From a virus (taxonomy: Duplodnaviria; Caudoviricetes), in IMG/VR virus record IMGVR_UViG_3300035396_000186, positions 18,210 through 82,209 of that record: a DNA stretch of 64,000 bases; one strand, written 5' to 3'. Positions within the stretch are counted from its first letter, which is position 1, and every line of letters starts with the position of its first letter. This document shows, one piece after another, positions 30,269-40,586 of this stretch. Below the pieces are notes generated by a model. It worked only from the letters and a program-made list of their open reading frames with translations, did not search any database and was not told where the DNA came from. The position numbers and the translations under genes were made by a program.

Positions 30269-31501
30269 TTAAGATTTATTTTTGATGTTTTTGATTAGAA
30301 CAGATTTTCCTGGAGCTGAACAGAAAATTGCTTGATCTGTATAAGCTCTAAGTTCGTATCCTGCACTATTTTCCAAATCTCTGAAGAACTCATCGCCTTT
30401 TCCTGGTCTTTGGAAAGTAATATCAGTAGAACCAATTCTTGCAAAGTATTCGATAGCTAAACAATAAGCATATCCTTCTTTTACGTAGATAGATGGTTCA
30501 ATTTCCATCTCACCATTTTGAGAGAAGAATTTGATTGCTGTAGCACCGTTAACTAGTTCAACTGAACCAAATGATTGATCATATCTTCTTAAAGCAGCTT
30601 GATCTGACATTAGATCAGCCCATGTTTTTGGAGATATGTAACAAACTACTTTTCCATCCAAACCTTTAGCTACTGCAAGAGCAAGAGCTTGATTTAGTTT
30701 AGGGAAAGAAAGTTCAGCAGCAGCAGCGTCATAAACGTTACCTTTGAACAAGCTGTAATCAGCTACGTTGATATCGAAAAGTGTACCAGTTGTTTGAGAA
30801 AGAATGTTATGGATACCAGTAAATTCATTTCCGAAAGCACCAGCATGGAATATTGAATCGCCAACAGCAACTGAAGCATCAACAGCAGAAGCCATAGTAA
30901 TTTTTTTACCTTCGAAATCTACTGATTTTACAGCATAATCAACACCATGTTTAGTAGAAGTAGCAACATCATAAAAAGATACTGGCATTTTTTCAGCACC
31001 AGCCCAGATTCCTGAAGCCCATTCTGCATCATCAATAGTGATTATTGTTTTAGTTCCATCGATAGCTTTAACGATACCGTATCCAGCTTGTCCGTAAAGT
31101 ATTTCAATTTCTAGTTTTTTGCTGATTGATCTCATCATATTAGCAACTAGGAATTTTAATGAACTTTCGAAAGCTTCTTTTCCACCAGAAACTGCTCTAG
31201 AAGCTGCAGCATATCCAAGTACTGATCTAAGTACTAATGGGTTACCACGAACTTTAGCATCTTTGATTGATCCAGCAACTGGAGCAGCCAAAGAAAATGC
31301 ATCATCATCAGATGAAGCAAAAGTTACACCATGTTCTTGTCCAACAATTACTGGTTGGTGATACATGTTACCAAGTTTGTCTTTAGCTGAAAAAGCTATT
31401 TTTTTAATAAGTTTAAGAAACTCAGGCACTAACTGAGCCATTTTTGATGCGTAAATTTCTTTGAAATTCGCATTCATGCTTTGAAAAGTGTTAGATGACA
31501 T
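30269..31501 (-). CDS. Major capsid protein, 410 aa
   Basis: Follows scaffold gene, strong terminator downstream, N-terminal FQSMNANFKEIY, size and codon bias. Confidence 0.8.
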   Translation of the reverse strand: MSSNTFQSMNANFKEIYASKMAQLVPEFLKLIKKIAFSAKDKLGNMYHQPVIVGQEHGVTFASSDDDAFSLAAPVAGSIKDAKVRGNPLVLRSVLGYAAASRAVSGGKEAFESSLKFLVANMMRSISKKLEIEILYGQAGYGIVKAIDGTKTIITIDDAEWASGIWAGAEKMPVSFYDVATSTKHGVDYAVKSVDFEGKKITMASAVDASVAVGDSIFHAGAFGNEFTGIHNILSQTTGTLFDINVADYSLFKGNVYDAAAAELSFPKLNQALALAVAKGLDGKVVCYISPKTWADLMSDQAALRRYDQSFGSVELVNGATAIKFFSQNGEMEIEPSIYVKEGYAYCLAIEYFARIGSTDITFQRPGKGDEFFRDLENSAGYELRAYTDQAIFCSAPGKSVLIKNIKNKS

Positions 31502-31676
31502 AAAAAAATTCTCCTAAAAATTAATAATTAAATATAAAACACATTACATGGAATATACCTTCTACCAATCTTTCTTATCTTCGGTATCCCTTCGCCACTT
31601 AAGGTAGAAAGAAATCTGGAAAATACTGAATTGATTTACAGTCGTCCAATTTAAGTTGTTAAAATTAATGAGTATT

Positions 31677-31704
31677 AAAAAGAAAACCCCTCAGAACGAG
31701 GGGC
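31677..31704 (-). terminator. Terminator after scaffold gene, 18-bp core identical to MCP terminator
   Basis: CCCCTCAGAACGAGGGGC in both; TTTTCTTTTT tract on minus. Confidence 0.75.
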
Positions 31705-31727
31705 TATGTTTGAATAATTTCAGTGGG

Positions 31728-32714
31728 TTAGAACAATCCTCCACCGAAAAAGTCCTTATAACTGACCTTTTTATCGTCTTTCTTCTCATCTTTAGTAATA
31801 TGTCCTACATCTTTAGTCAAATTGCTTGTTGTTACTGGCGGTTTCTCTTTAGCTTTAGACATATTATGTTTTCGTATCTTATCGAGGTTATCTTTACCAA
31901 TAACTTCTTTTAATACTTCAGCAGGCATAACTCCGAACATAGATTTAATGTCTGATAGTATCTCCTCTCTAACTATTGGTAATACATCAGCAGGTTGTAA
32001 ATCCATACCCTTATTAAGCCCTGCAATCATGATATCTGCCATCTTCTTAACGACATATGGACTCTTAGGTAGATCAGACTTTTCAAGGGCTTGTGACATT
32101 AATGTATCATATCTAGTAACTTCAGCCTCTTGTAGTCTTTCTAGTTCTCTAGTTCTAAACTCTTCTTCTTTAGTTTTCTTTTCGTCTTCTAATTCCCTTA
32201 ACTTAGCTTCAAGTTTTTCTCTTTCAATAAGTTCGGGTGATTTCTGAGAGTTAGCTATCTCTTCTTCTAAGATCTCTGCTGCCATCTTCTTAAGATCTAC
32301 TCCAATGTTTGGATTACTTAATGCCTTACGTGGATTAGTCTTTAATTCGTTTAGAAATGATGTAACAGTCTTTTCTAGATCAGCGTACTCTTGAGCTTTC
32401 GAATTTCCGAGTTTAGCCATTTGAAGTTGTTTTTGCATAAATTCAATAGCTTTTGGGTCATCGTCAATTTCGAACGGTAATTCTTCTTCGACTTCTTTCC
32501 CGTTGAATTTAAGTTTGAGTTTACTGATTCTTTTTTTAATTTCTTTCTTTTCATCTTTTTTCTCCTTAGCTGAATCATCAGCACTGGCACTAACATCATC
32601 AGCTAGACCATCATCTAGATCTGAAGACTCATTACTTTCAATTGATTTTGCTTCAATAGAAGCATCGGCTGGGGTACTAGCTGCAACTGGTGCAGCATTA
32701 GCTACATCTGACAT
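31728..32714 (-). CDS. Capsid scaffolding protein, 328 aa
   Basis: Acidic N-terminus, KLKFNGKEVEE motif, coiled coils, directly upstream of MCP. Confidence 0.75.
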   Translation of the reverse strand: MSDVANAAPVAASTPADASIEAKSIESNESSDLDDGLADDVSASADDSAKEKKDEKKEIKKRISKLKLKFNGKEVEEELPFEIDDDPKAIEFMQKQLQMAKLGNSKAQEYADLEKTVTSFLNELKTNPRKALSNPNIGVDLKKMAAEILEEEIANSQKSPELIEREKLEAKLRELEDEKKTKEEEFRTRELERLQEAEVTRYDTLMSQALEKSDLPKSPYVVKKMADIMIAGLNKGMDLQPADVLPIVREEILSDIKSMFGVMPAEVLKEVIGKDNLDKIRKHNMSKAKEKPPVTTSNLTKDVGHITKDEKKDDKKVSYKDFFGGGLF

Positions 32715-32981
32715 AGTTTACTCCTTGACTATCCTTATAGGGTAAGTCATCATAGGTTAAAGCGTCCGTTATGGATAGCTCCATCATAAGTTGTTAGTAT
32801 TATAGAAACTAATCTCTTTTGACTTCTAAGATAACGATATCATTGAATAATTGAACATCACCTAGTTTGACTCTCTTCTCACATAAAGTACGTTGTAAGA
32901 ATTTGTCCATCTTTTTTGAACCTTTTAATTTGTTTAAAGCATCATAAGACAAACGGTCAATACTAACAAACGATTTCTTTT

Positions 32982-33734
32982 TCATAATAACTCCATTACT
33001 TTAGGATATAGACTCATAATAATTTCAAATGTAATTAATCCGATAATTATCAGTTCTAATAAAGTAGACTTATTGTTATTAATAAGTTCAATTAGAATAT
33101 TAAGATTTGATTGTATCGTATCTAAATTCTTTTCTATCGCTTTATATCGAGGTATGATATCGAACGTAGTTTGAACTGAACGAAATGTTTCTTCTAGCTT
33201 ATCATCATCCCAAACTTCATCAGGATAATCATTGATATACAAGTTATTTAGTATTTCTTGTTTTAAATAAATACAAGTACCTACAAATTTGATTAAACCT
33301 TTTTTAGAAAAAGAATGTTTGCCATTTGTTGCAAGATCTTTTGAATACTTTAGAGAAGTCGTTAATAGATCGTCAATCTTTTCTTCGTAATAATCTAATG
33401 TTACAGATTCAGCTAAGACGAGTGACACTATTCGTATAAATTTGATACTATTTGAATCTGAAGGCAAATCTTTTGAACTAAAATGTTCGACTGAGTGATT
33501 AGTTAGCTTATTAGTAAATTTTTTAGTAAATAGATCTGTAATTATTTTTTTATTATCGTCAGATAAGTTGATTAATACATAAGCACCAAAAGTATACACA
33601 ATAACATATTGATTTTTCTCAATTTGATAGACGACTTCATGACTTGATTCATAAATATTGGTATATACCGATAATATTTCATCATATTCATTACGTTTAA
33701 TCTTTTGATAGATGTTATGAGCAGTTAACTTCAT
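32982..33734 (-). CDS. RMD1/DUF155 (YagE-like) family protein
   Basis: YVIVYTFGAYVLIN, LAESVTLDYYE, YINDYPDEVWDD, FDIIPRY, LELIIIGLITFEI plus C-terminal TM. Confidence 0.75.
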   Translation of the reverse strand: MKLTAHNIYQKIKRNEYDEILSVYTNIYESSHEVVYQIEKNQYVIVYTFGAYVLINLSDDNKKIITDLFTKKFTNKLTNHSVEHFSSKDLPSDSNSIKFIRIVSLVLAESVTLDYYEEKIDDLLTTSLKYSKDLATNGKHSFSKKGLIKFVGTCIYLKQEILNNLYINDYPDEVWDDDKLEETFRSVQTTFDIIPRYKAIEKNLDTIQSNLNILIELINNNKSTLLELIIIGLITFEIIMSLYPKVMELL

Positions 33735-33740
33735 GTTCTT

Positions 33741-33777
33741 AGTATAGCATGATAACTGGAGATTGTCTAATTGTCAA
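33741..33777 (-). promoter_or_regulatory. Sigma70 promoter(s) of RMD1 gene
   Basis: TTGACA-N17-TATCAT and extended -10 TGCTATACT 6 nt before ATG. Confidence 0.6.
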
Positions 33778-33780
33778 GTT

Positions 33781-34233
33781 TTATTTAGAAGAAAGGCGTT
33801 GTTTAAGTAAATAGATTCTATTTTGTGATTTATCTGCAAGATCTGCGACCATATTCTTACAACCAACAGAGTTAGCTTCAGAATCATATTTAGCACAGTA
33901 GTCTTGTAGTTCATTTTCCATAGCAAGAGCTGCTTCACAGTATACTTTATTCTCAGAAGCTAGATATGGTAATGATTTAGTCTTTTCATATATACCTTTA
34001 AGTATAACTGGAAGAGATAATTTATCAGCTCCATCGCCTACACCAATCATTTTCTCAGCAATTGAATCTATAGCAGAACTAGCTTCACCATATAATCTTT
34101 CAAATAATAAATGATCTGCAAAGAATGTAGAATTTTTACAAGTCCAGTGTGCAACTTGATAATATTCTGATAAAGATCTAACGCAAATTAGAATTGTTTG
34201 GAGTGACATAGATTTTACTGGTAGTATTTCCAT
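33781..34233 (-). CDS. Dps/ferritin-like four-helix protein
   Basis: YQVAHWTCK...DHLLFERLY...IDSIAEK metal-ligand pattern. Confidence 0.7.
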   Translation of the reverse strand: MEILPVKSMSLQTILICVRSLSEYYQVAHWTCKNSTFFADHLLFERLYGEASSAIDSIAEKMIGVGDGADKLSLPVILKGIYEKTKSLPYLASENKVYCEAALAMENELQDYCAKYDSEANSVGCKNMVADLADKSQNRIYLLKQRLSSK

Positions 34234-34235
34234 AA

Positions 34236-34892
34236 TTAGAATCCTCCCATTATTTTACGTAACAATGGATTAGGTGGTTGTTTATTTTTATCAGCTAAAT
34301 CTTGAATATATTTCTGCAACTCTTCATTTGATTGAACATCTTCAGAAGGTCGTTTTGAAATATCCGCTATATGATTAGTTAAAGCTTCCACTGATGACAT
34401 TGGATCTTCTTTTACATATGGAGCAGTAAGATCTTTTAGATAGTTATCTCTATTTTCAACACTACCCATAGCTTTTCTTAATGTATGAGCAACAGAATTC
34501 GGATTTTCAATATTCTCATCTGTAGCAATTTCACTTGATGGACCAATAGGCGTTGCTGCTAATAGATCTCCACTAGAAGCTACTGAACCTGCACCAATTA
34601 TTGCACCTAATCCTGGTAGTTTAGTTAATGCCCCTTTTAGATATTTATTAATCTTACCCATATTTCCAGCTTTAGCTACTTGGATTTCAGCAGGAGCATT
34701 CTTTACTACTTCTTTTACTTCATTATCAGGCATTTCTACTAATTTTCTTATTAGGTTCCGATCTAATGCTTTATCTGGATTTCTTTCTACATCAGCAGCC
34801 ATTATATCCTTACCTCTTTGTTTGATCTTTTCAAGTATTTCAGGTGGTAATACAAATCCTTTATCACTAATATCTACCATATTTTCCTCCAA
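34236..34892 (-). CDS. Hypothetical (possibly virion) protein
   Basis: Between portal and scaffold; KLPGLGAIIG Gly-rich segment. Confidence 0.45.
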   Translation of the reverse strand: MEENMVDISDKGFVLPPEILEKIKQRGKDIMAADVERNPDKALDRNLIRKLVEMPDNEVKEVVKNAPAEIQVAKAGNMGKINKYLKGALTKLPGLGAIIGAGSVASSGDLLAATPIGPSSEIATDENIENPNSVAHTLRKAMGSVENRDNYLKDLTAPYVKEDPMSSVEALTNHIADISKRPSEDVQSNEELQKYIQDLADKNKQPPNPLLRKIMGGF

Positions 34893-35499
34893 GTAAACTA
34901 TTGATTGCTAATTTTTTTCTACTAACTTCTTCTGGCGATAAAGCTCCAGCGACAGGAGTTTGTTCATCAGATCTTCCTAACGCCATAAGATTGTCGTAAT
35001 TACTAGCTTCACCCATATTACCAGGATTGATTGGTTCTCTACCAGGTATATATTCTTTTTCTATTGGAAGGTTATCACCTGCTGGTCTTCTTTGAGCTTC
35101 AGGTTGACCAGGAACAATATCAGATCCTTGACCAACATCTTCACTAGCAAGTAATGAACCAACAACGGGAACTTGTCCAGCTAATTCTTCAGCCGCAGCA
35201 GCAGGACCAGATTCTAATCCTTTATATGCAGCTAAACCTAATCCAAGACCGGGAACTAATGACATTAATTTCTTACTACCTTTCATTCTAGCAGCAGGAT
35301 TTCGAGCTAAAGCATTATCTAAAGCTGAAGCATTCATTGGAGGAGCTTCTTTTCCCGATAAACTTCTAATATAATCCATATGACTTTTAGCCATTGATCG
35401 TTGAGCTTCTAGTCCTTTACCGATATTTCCAGTAGCTTCTTTATCTTTTAACACTTTTAAAAATTCTTGAGTTTTTGCATCTTTTTTGTTGTCAGCCAT
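34867..35499 (-). CDS. Hypothetical (possibly virion) protein
   Basis: Directly after portal; LVPGLGLGLA segment similar to neighbour. Confidence 0.45.
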   Translation of the reverse strand: MADNKKDAKTQEFLKVLKDKEATGNIGKGLEAQRSMAKSHMDYIRSLSGKEAPPMNASALDNALARNPAARMKGSKKLMSLVPGLGLGLAAYKGLESGPAAAAEELAGQVPVVGSLLASEDVGQGSDIVPGQPEAQRRPAGDNLPIEKEYIPGREPINPGNMGEASNYDNLMALGRSDEQTPVAGALSPEEVSRKKLAINSLLGGKYGRY

Positions 35500-35507
35500 A
35501 AGGTCTC

Positions 35508-37568
35508 CTATTGTGGAATATTGTCTGCTGGATTAGTTGGAAGGTTTTTAAATTCTCCTGGAGGAGTTGGAACTTGAGGCAGCGATTGTGTTCCGTTTCC
35601 TACAGTTTGTATTTCATTTGTTTCAGTTTGATATGGATTACCTTGAACGTCAGGATTTACACTACCTTGAAGAACATGTTTATTCCCCATAGGTTGATTT
35701 GGACCTTGTGGTCCTGGAGGAGCACCTGGAGGTTGTTGTTGAGCTAATGGTGTTTCTCCTATCATTTGTAATATCTCAGGATCACCTTCACGTAATTGTT
35801 GTAAATGTTGTTGTATATGATCTTGAGCAACTCTTAATAATTCAGGATTAAATCTTAAATCTGGATCAGCTATAACAGTTTTATGTTCAAGTATATGCAT
35901 TCTATGTTTATCTAATAAATGAACTGGAAGATTTTCACCATCTAATAGTTTTTCATTTTCTTTCTTAATTAAAAGAAGTTCATTCATTTCACCTTCAAAT
36001 GCAACATCTAATTTACCAGTGTTGATAATTTGAAAATATTGTTCAGGATTCTTAAGTAGTTTCATTTGAGCCAATTGTTCTGCCATTTGAACTCTACCTG
36101 CAGTAGTTTTAGCTAATGGATTTCCAACATCTACTACAACTCTACAAATATTACTTATATCATCACCAATAAATTCTTTTAGAAATGGTTTCTGATTCTT
36201 ACCAACAATTGCAACAAGTCTAGGAGTATGCGCAAAATCTTTAATCATTTGAACCATTGAAGTTCCAACTGATTCTATAAGCTTAACATAACTTTGTTGT
36301 AATCCAGATATAAATTGAATTGCCATTGATTGAACCATAGCAAGGGCTGTACCAGATTTTAATGAGCTTTCAGGATTTCCTCTAGCAACACTATTAATAC
36401 CGGTTAAAGTTTCCATCTGTCTTTGTAATGCTTCAACAAATGTAAATGTTTCTGGAGCAGAACTTGTAAAGTTAATCGGTTCAGGTTTAACATTACCTTC
36501 AATTAAATTCATACCACCTTGAAGTGATGCAAAACTTATCTCAGAATCTTTTTGAACAAATAAACTTTGAACAGCAAATGCATTATTGTTTGTCATTATA
36601 GAACCATATAAAGCATTTATAGCCTCTTGTAATGGATATATATCAAACAAAGGAGAATAACCATAAGGAGTTCCTAAAATTTCAGCAGGAACTATACGAT
36701 AGACTGGAATATTAGCATATGGCATCTTCATGTCCATAAGAACACAATCAGGATCGACAAATAACATGTAACGACCTTCAGGCATTGCTTCTGTTTTTTT
36801 ATGAAAGAATTCATATACAGGAACATCATCAGTTCCATCATTAGAAAACATTGTAATTCTAAAAATAGATGAATACTGTTTACTATCCATCTGCCTTAAT
36901 TTATCAGCTAGATCTGGAAACTTAGCAGCTAGATCATGTCTATTTTTATATGTTCTAACTAACATCCATTGATTATCCCAAGTTTCTTTACTACCATCAA
37001 CTACAACATCATATGGACTTAAATTACTAAATTCTAAATCTCCATTGTAGTTATATTCACCACTTTCTGGATCAAAATCGTATGTATCACCAGCAGTAGC
37101 ATTCCAAGCTAATTTAACATAACCAGCACCAAGAACTACAGAATATTCTACAGCTCTTCTTAATGCTTCTTCTAGTCCTTTCTCTCGCATATAGTATTCT
37201 AAGATACCATTTGCTAAATAAGTTTGAGAAAGAGATTTACCGTCAGTATTAACTGCCTTAGCTTCCATAGTTGGTCTATTAGCAGTTATCATTCTAACTA
37301 TATGTTCTCCGAAATTTCTTAAGTGATTAACATTTAATGAAACTAGTTCACCTTGTTCACCAGTAAAACTAATTCTATGGGTATCAGCACCATAGATACC
37401 ATGATATGCCATCCACATTCTTCTTAACTTTTCCATGTAGTCATTGGAATATAACATACTGAAGAATGTATTGCCTTTATTTAATAAGATATTAGCAGCT
37501 TCTTTAGCTTCTCTAGCTGCAAAATATTCTTTCGATAGATCTGGATTTTTATAACCGTCCGAAGCCAT
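35508..37568 (-). CDS. Portal protein, 686 aa
   Basis: Follows terminase; SGTALAMVQSMAIQFISGLQQSY helix; Pro/Gln-rich C-tail typical of podovirus portals. Confidence 0.85.
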   Translation of the reverse strand: MASDGYKNPDLSKEYFAAREAKEAANILLNKGNTFFSMLYSNDYMEKLRRMWMAYHGIYGADTHRISFTGEQGELVSLNVNHLRNFGEHIVRMITANRPTMEAKAVNTDGKSLSQTYLANGILEYYMREKGLEEALRRAVEYSVVLGAGYVKLAWNATAGDTYDFDPESGEYNYNGDLEFSNLSPYDVVVDGSKETWDNQWMLVRTYKNRHDLAAKFPDLADKLRQMDSKQYSSIFRITMFSNDGTDDVPVYEFFHKKTEAMPEGRYMLFVDPDCVLMDMKMPYANIPVYRIVPAEILGTPYGYSPLFDIYPLQEAINALYGSIMTNNNAFAVQSLFVQKDSEISFASLQGGMNLIEGNVKPEPINFTSSAPETFTFVEALQRQMETLTGINSVARGNPESSLKSGTALAMVQSMAIQFISGLQQSYVKLIESVGTSMVQMIKDFAHTPRLVAIVGKNQKPFLKEFIGDDISNICRVVVDVGNPLAKTTAGRVQMAEQLAQMKLLKNPEQYFQIINTGKLDVAFEGEMNELLLIKKENEKLLDGENLPVHLLDKHRMHILEHKTVIADPDLRFNPELLRVAQDHIQQHLQQLREGDPEILQMIGETPLAQQQPPGAPPGPQGPNQPMGNKHVLQGSVNPDVQGNPYQTETNEIQTVGNGTQSLPQVPTPPGEFKNLPTNPADNIPQ

Positions 37569-37684
37569 GATAACTCCTAATTGAAAATTTTTATGGTAAT
37601 ATTATGTACAATTAAGTATAATATATATTTACGAATTAAACAAGTGTTCAACGTAAATTCATAGAAACTCTCTTAGTATAGTTG

Positions 37685-39133
37685 TTATTTCCGACGCTTA
37701 GATGAGAATATCTGATTGAAGACATCTACTACAGTATTCTGACTATTCTTCTGATTAAAAGCATTGCGATCTTTAATATGCATGTTCTCAGTATTGATAT
37801 ACCCTAAAGGGTATGGGTTACGTGTGTAAGTTATTGATCTTATTAGATAAATCAATGCATCTACTGCATCATAATGTCCGTCATCTGGTGACCTAGCGAA
37901 GATATCTTTATTCTTATCTTTCCATCGACAGTTCTTTAAGTGTCTAATTAAAGTAGTGCATGATGGATGAATAACAATTTGTTCTTGAGATAGGAGAGTT
38001 CTTGTTTGGTTTATTGCAGCTAACTTATCATCTTTCTTAGGAATGGAAAATGTCAGGTAACCATTACTCTTTCTACTAATTTCTGAGGTAACTATATGAT
38101 TTATATCTGATACTCTACGATATGGTTTTTGTAATTCGAATGTATATGGATGTTTCCATAGTTCAGCTTCTTTATCCATTATCAATCTGGCTAACTTTTC
38201 AATTTGAACTTCGTGTCCTTTTAAAACTATCTCAGATTCAATTACAATCTTAGAATATCTAAAGTCATAGTAACCGAATAATATGACTGTAAGATCTCGA
38301 AATCCCAAGTCCATGCTCACATATGAATCATAATACGGCGGTTTTGTCCAAACCTGGACTATTTTATCTAATAGTAATTCATCAACTTCAGGTAGAACTG
38401 TAGAAGTTTCAGATCTAATAATCTCACAAAGGTATTCTCTTCTAAACTGTTCAGACTTTTCTCCACCCATTTGTTTAATTATGTTCTGTCTTTGAGCTGG
38501 ACTAATAATAGGAACATCATAAATATTCTTCTTATAAAAACAATTATTAATTTCAGCTTCCTCAATAAATTTTATAAATTCATGATCTGGATCGGTAGGT
38601 GGAGTTGAAACTAATATTACTTTACCACCAGTGTGAGTAGTAGTTGGTATTAATACTGACTTAACAATCTTCTCTAAGTTATCAACAAAGCCAGCTTCAT
38701 CAATTAAAGCTAAGTGACATTTAGCACCTCTTAGTTTTTCAAAGTTTTGAGCATCAGATCCGGCTAAATGTATCTCTGAACCATTTTCAAATTTATACAT
38801 GTGTTGACTAGCGTTGTAAATAGGTTTCACATCATCAGGACAATCTTCTAATATTTCTCGCATCTTAGGTTCAAGAACGCTTCGCATGTGCAACTTAGTA
38901 TCAGTAAGTATCTTCACAACACTATTAGGATGTTTAATACATTGCATTAACGCTAATGTTCCAAGCATCCAAGTTTTACCTGTTTGTCTACTACATAAAA
39001 ATACTAGAGTTGAATGAGCAGGAGCAGCTCGCATAATGTCTAACATTTCCTTTTGAAGTTTATGGAGTTTAAATTCTAATTCTCCTCTTCTCCAAAGTAA
39101 ATCTTTTACATTTTGTTTTGAAAGTTGAGCCAT
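37685..39133 (-). CDS. terL: Terminase large subunit
   Basis: Walker A CSRQTGKT, Walker B LIDEAGF, FRREY, nuclease MDLGFRD and HYDAVDA. Confidence 0.92.
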   Translation of the reverse strand: MAQLSKQNVKDLLWRRGELEFKLHKLQKEMLDIMRAAPAHSTLVFLCSRQTGKTWMLGTLALMQCIKHPNSVVKILTDTKLHMRSVLEPKMREILEDCPDDVKPIYNASQHMYKFENGSEIHLAGSDAQNFEKLRGAKCHLALIDEAGFVDNLEKIVKSVLIPTTTHTGGKVILVSTPPTDPDHEFIKFIEEAEINNCFYKKNIYDVPIISPAQRQNIIKQMGGEKSEQFRREYLCEIIRSETSTVLPEVDELLLDKIVQVWTKPPYYDSYVSMDLGFRDLTVILFGYYDFRYSKIVIESEIVLKGHEVQIEKLARLIMDKEAELWKHPYTFELQKPYRRVSDINHIVTSEISRKSNGYLTFSIPKKDDKLAAINQTRTLLSQEQIVIHPSCTTLIRHLKNCRWKDKNKDIFARSPDDGHYDAVDALIYLIRSITYTRNPYPLGYINTENMHIKDRNAFNQKNSQNTVVDVFNQIFSSKRRK

Positions 39134-39135
39134 AA

Positions 39136-39519
39136 CTATTCCTTAATGAAATCTTCAGTGTTAAGAATAGCTAGGAGTTTAGAACTTGACATTGCTTCTA
39201 TATCTGATTTCTTTTTCTTAGGTACACTCTTTACTAAATTCAAAGACTTGATATAAATTTCAGCTTTCTTACATTCTTCTAATGTTAATTCTTGAACTAA
39301 TGCTCTATCTTTTAATAATTGTAATTGTTTCATACATAAAGCTTCAGCATCAGATATAGCAACTTGTTCTTCTTTATTTTCTAATGAAGAAAGATCTTGA
39401 ATATGTTTACGAAGTTTCTCGTTTTCGTGTTCTAAATCTGAAATCTTATTTTTTAACGAAAGAACTTCGATAGATCCTTTCTGATTTTCAAACATATCAC
39501 CTAAAGATTCTATTTTCAT
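39136..39519 (-). CDS. Coiled-coil protein, candidate terminase small subunit
   Basis: Position immediately upstream of terL only. Confidence 0.35.
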   Translation of the reverse strand: MKIESLGDMFENQKGSIEVLSLKNKISDLEHENEKLRKHIQDLSSLENKEEQVAISDAEALCMKQLQLLKDRALVQELTLEECKKAEIYIKSLNLVKSVPKKKKSDIEAMSSSKLLAILNTEDFIKE

Positions 39520-39536
39520 GATTGCCTCTTGTTATA

Positions 39537-39968
39537 TTAGAATACCCTGCTCGTAGGATCTTTCATTGCAGCACCCATTTTAAATTTAGTTAAGTCTGTT
39601 TTATATTGTTCAAAACTTTTTCTTTGTTCTAGCAATGCAAGTTCAAAGACTTTTAGTTTATTTTCAAACTCAACGAGCTTACTTTTTTTAGATTCATATT
39701 CCGAATAAGCAACTGAGAAAACTAATGTTAAAAGAATTCCAACTTCTACAAAAGAAGGAGCGATAAACATCAATTTAATAAAAAATGCTAATAATAATAC
39801 ATACGGCAGGTACTTCAGACTGATCTTCATTAATCCTCCATAACCTAACGAACTAAAAGAAAAGAAGGTATCAAACGTATTCCACACTTTTTTTAATTTT
39901 GCCTTATAAAAGGCTGTTGGTTTTGTTGTATAACCTTTAATCCAAGTTGTTAAGTAACTAATATTCAT
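39537..39968 (-). CDS. Membrane protein with coiled coil (holin/spanin candidate)
   Basis: Two hydrophobic segments then coiled coil, near endolysin. Confidence 0.4.
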   Translation of the reverse strand: MNISYLTTWIKGYTTKPTAFYKAKLKKVWNTFDTFFSFSSLGYGGLMKISLKYLPYVLLLAFFIKLMFIAPSFVEVGILLTLVFSVAYSEYESKKSKLVEFENKLKVFELALLEQRKSFEQYKTDLTKFKMGAAMKDPTSRVF

Positions 39969-40160
39969 ATATCCTCAGGGTCCATAATCTTATTTTGTTT
40001 ATACTCATCAAAAGCATAAGCGTATAGCGTTAAAACATTATAACCCATTTGTTCTAACATTGCAAGATGCTTACTAGCTTTAGTCATATTATCGAATCTC
40101 ATATAAAATTCGACGTTATTTGACTCTCTCCAAACTAAATATACATCTTCACTACTCATA

Positions 40161-40586
40161 TTACGGCTTAAACCAGCGATTACCTGATGCTGGTGGATTT
40201 ATTTGTAGATGTACCCAGTTCTTATTACCATCCTCACACCATAATTCATTATCAACTAATATCTTACTACCATCTTTTTTTAAGAAAGCAGTTAATTCTA
40301 AATGCGAATCGGCTATATCTATAGCACATCCATTCAAATGACTCGACTTCATTGGTATCTTTTTTAAATCAGTAATACCTTTCTGTGCGTATATTCGTAA
40401 ATGATCTTCCATAGTCCTAAGACCTGATGTAACGATCATAGCACGACCCCAGATATCCCTAATCTTATTGACACGTTCTAAAAGAATCTTAATATTATCC
40501 TTAATTTTTTGATCAAGGACATCATAATTTGCACCTCTAAGAAACTCATTTAGTGTAATCATACTAAATATCTCCAGCTCGATCAT
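40161..40586 (-). CDS. Peptidase M15A-type endolysin
   Basis: VTSGLR, SSHLNGCAIDI, WVHL zinc-ligand motifs. Confidence 0.85.
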   Translation of the reverse strand: MIELEIFSMITLNEFLRGANYDVLDQKIKDNIKILLERVNKIRDIWGRAMIVTSGLRTMEDHLRIYAQKGITDLKKIPMKSSHLNGCAIDIADSHLELTAFLKKDGSKILVDNELWCEDGNKNWVHLQINPPASGNRWFKP

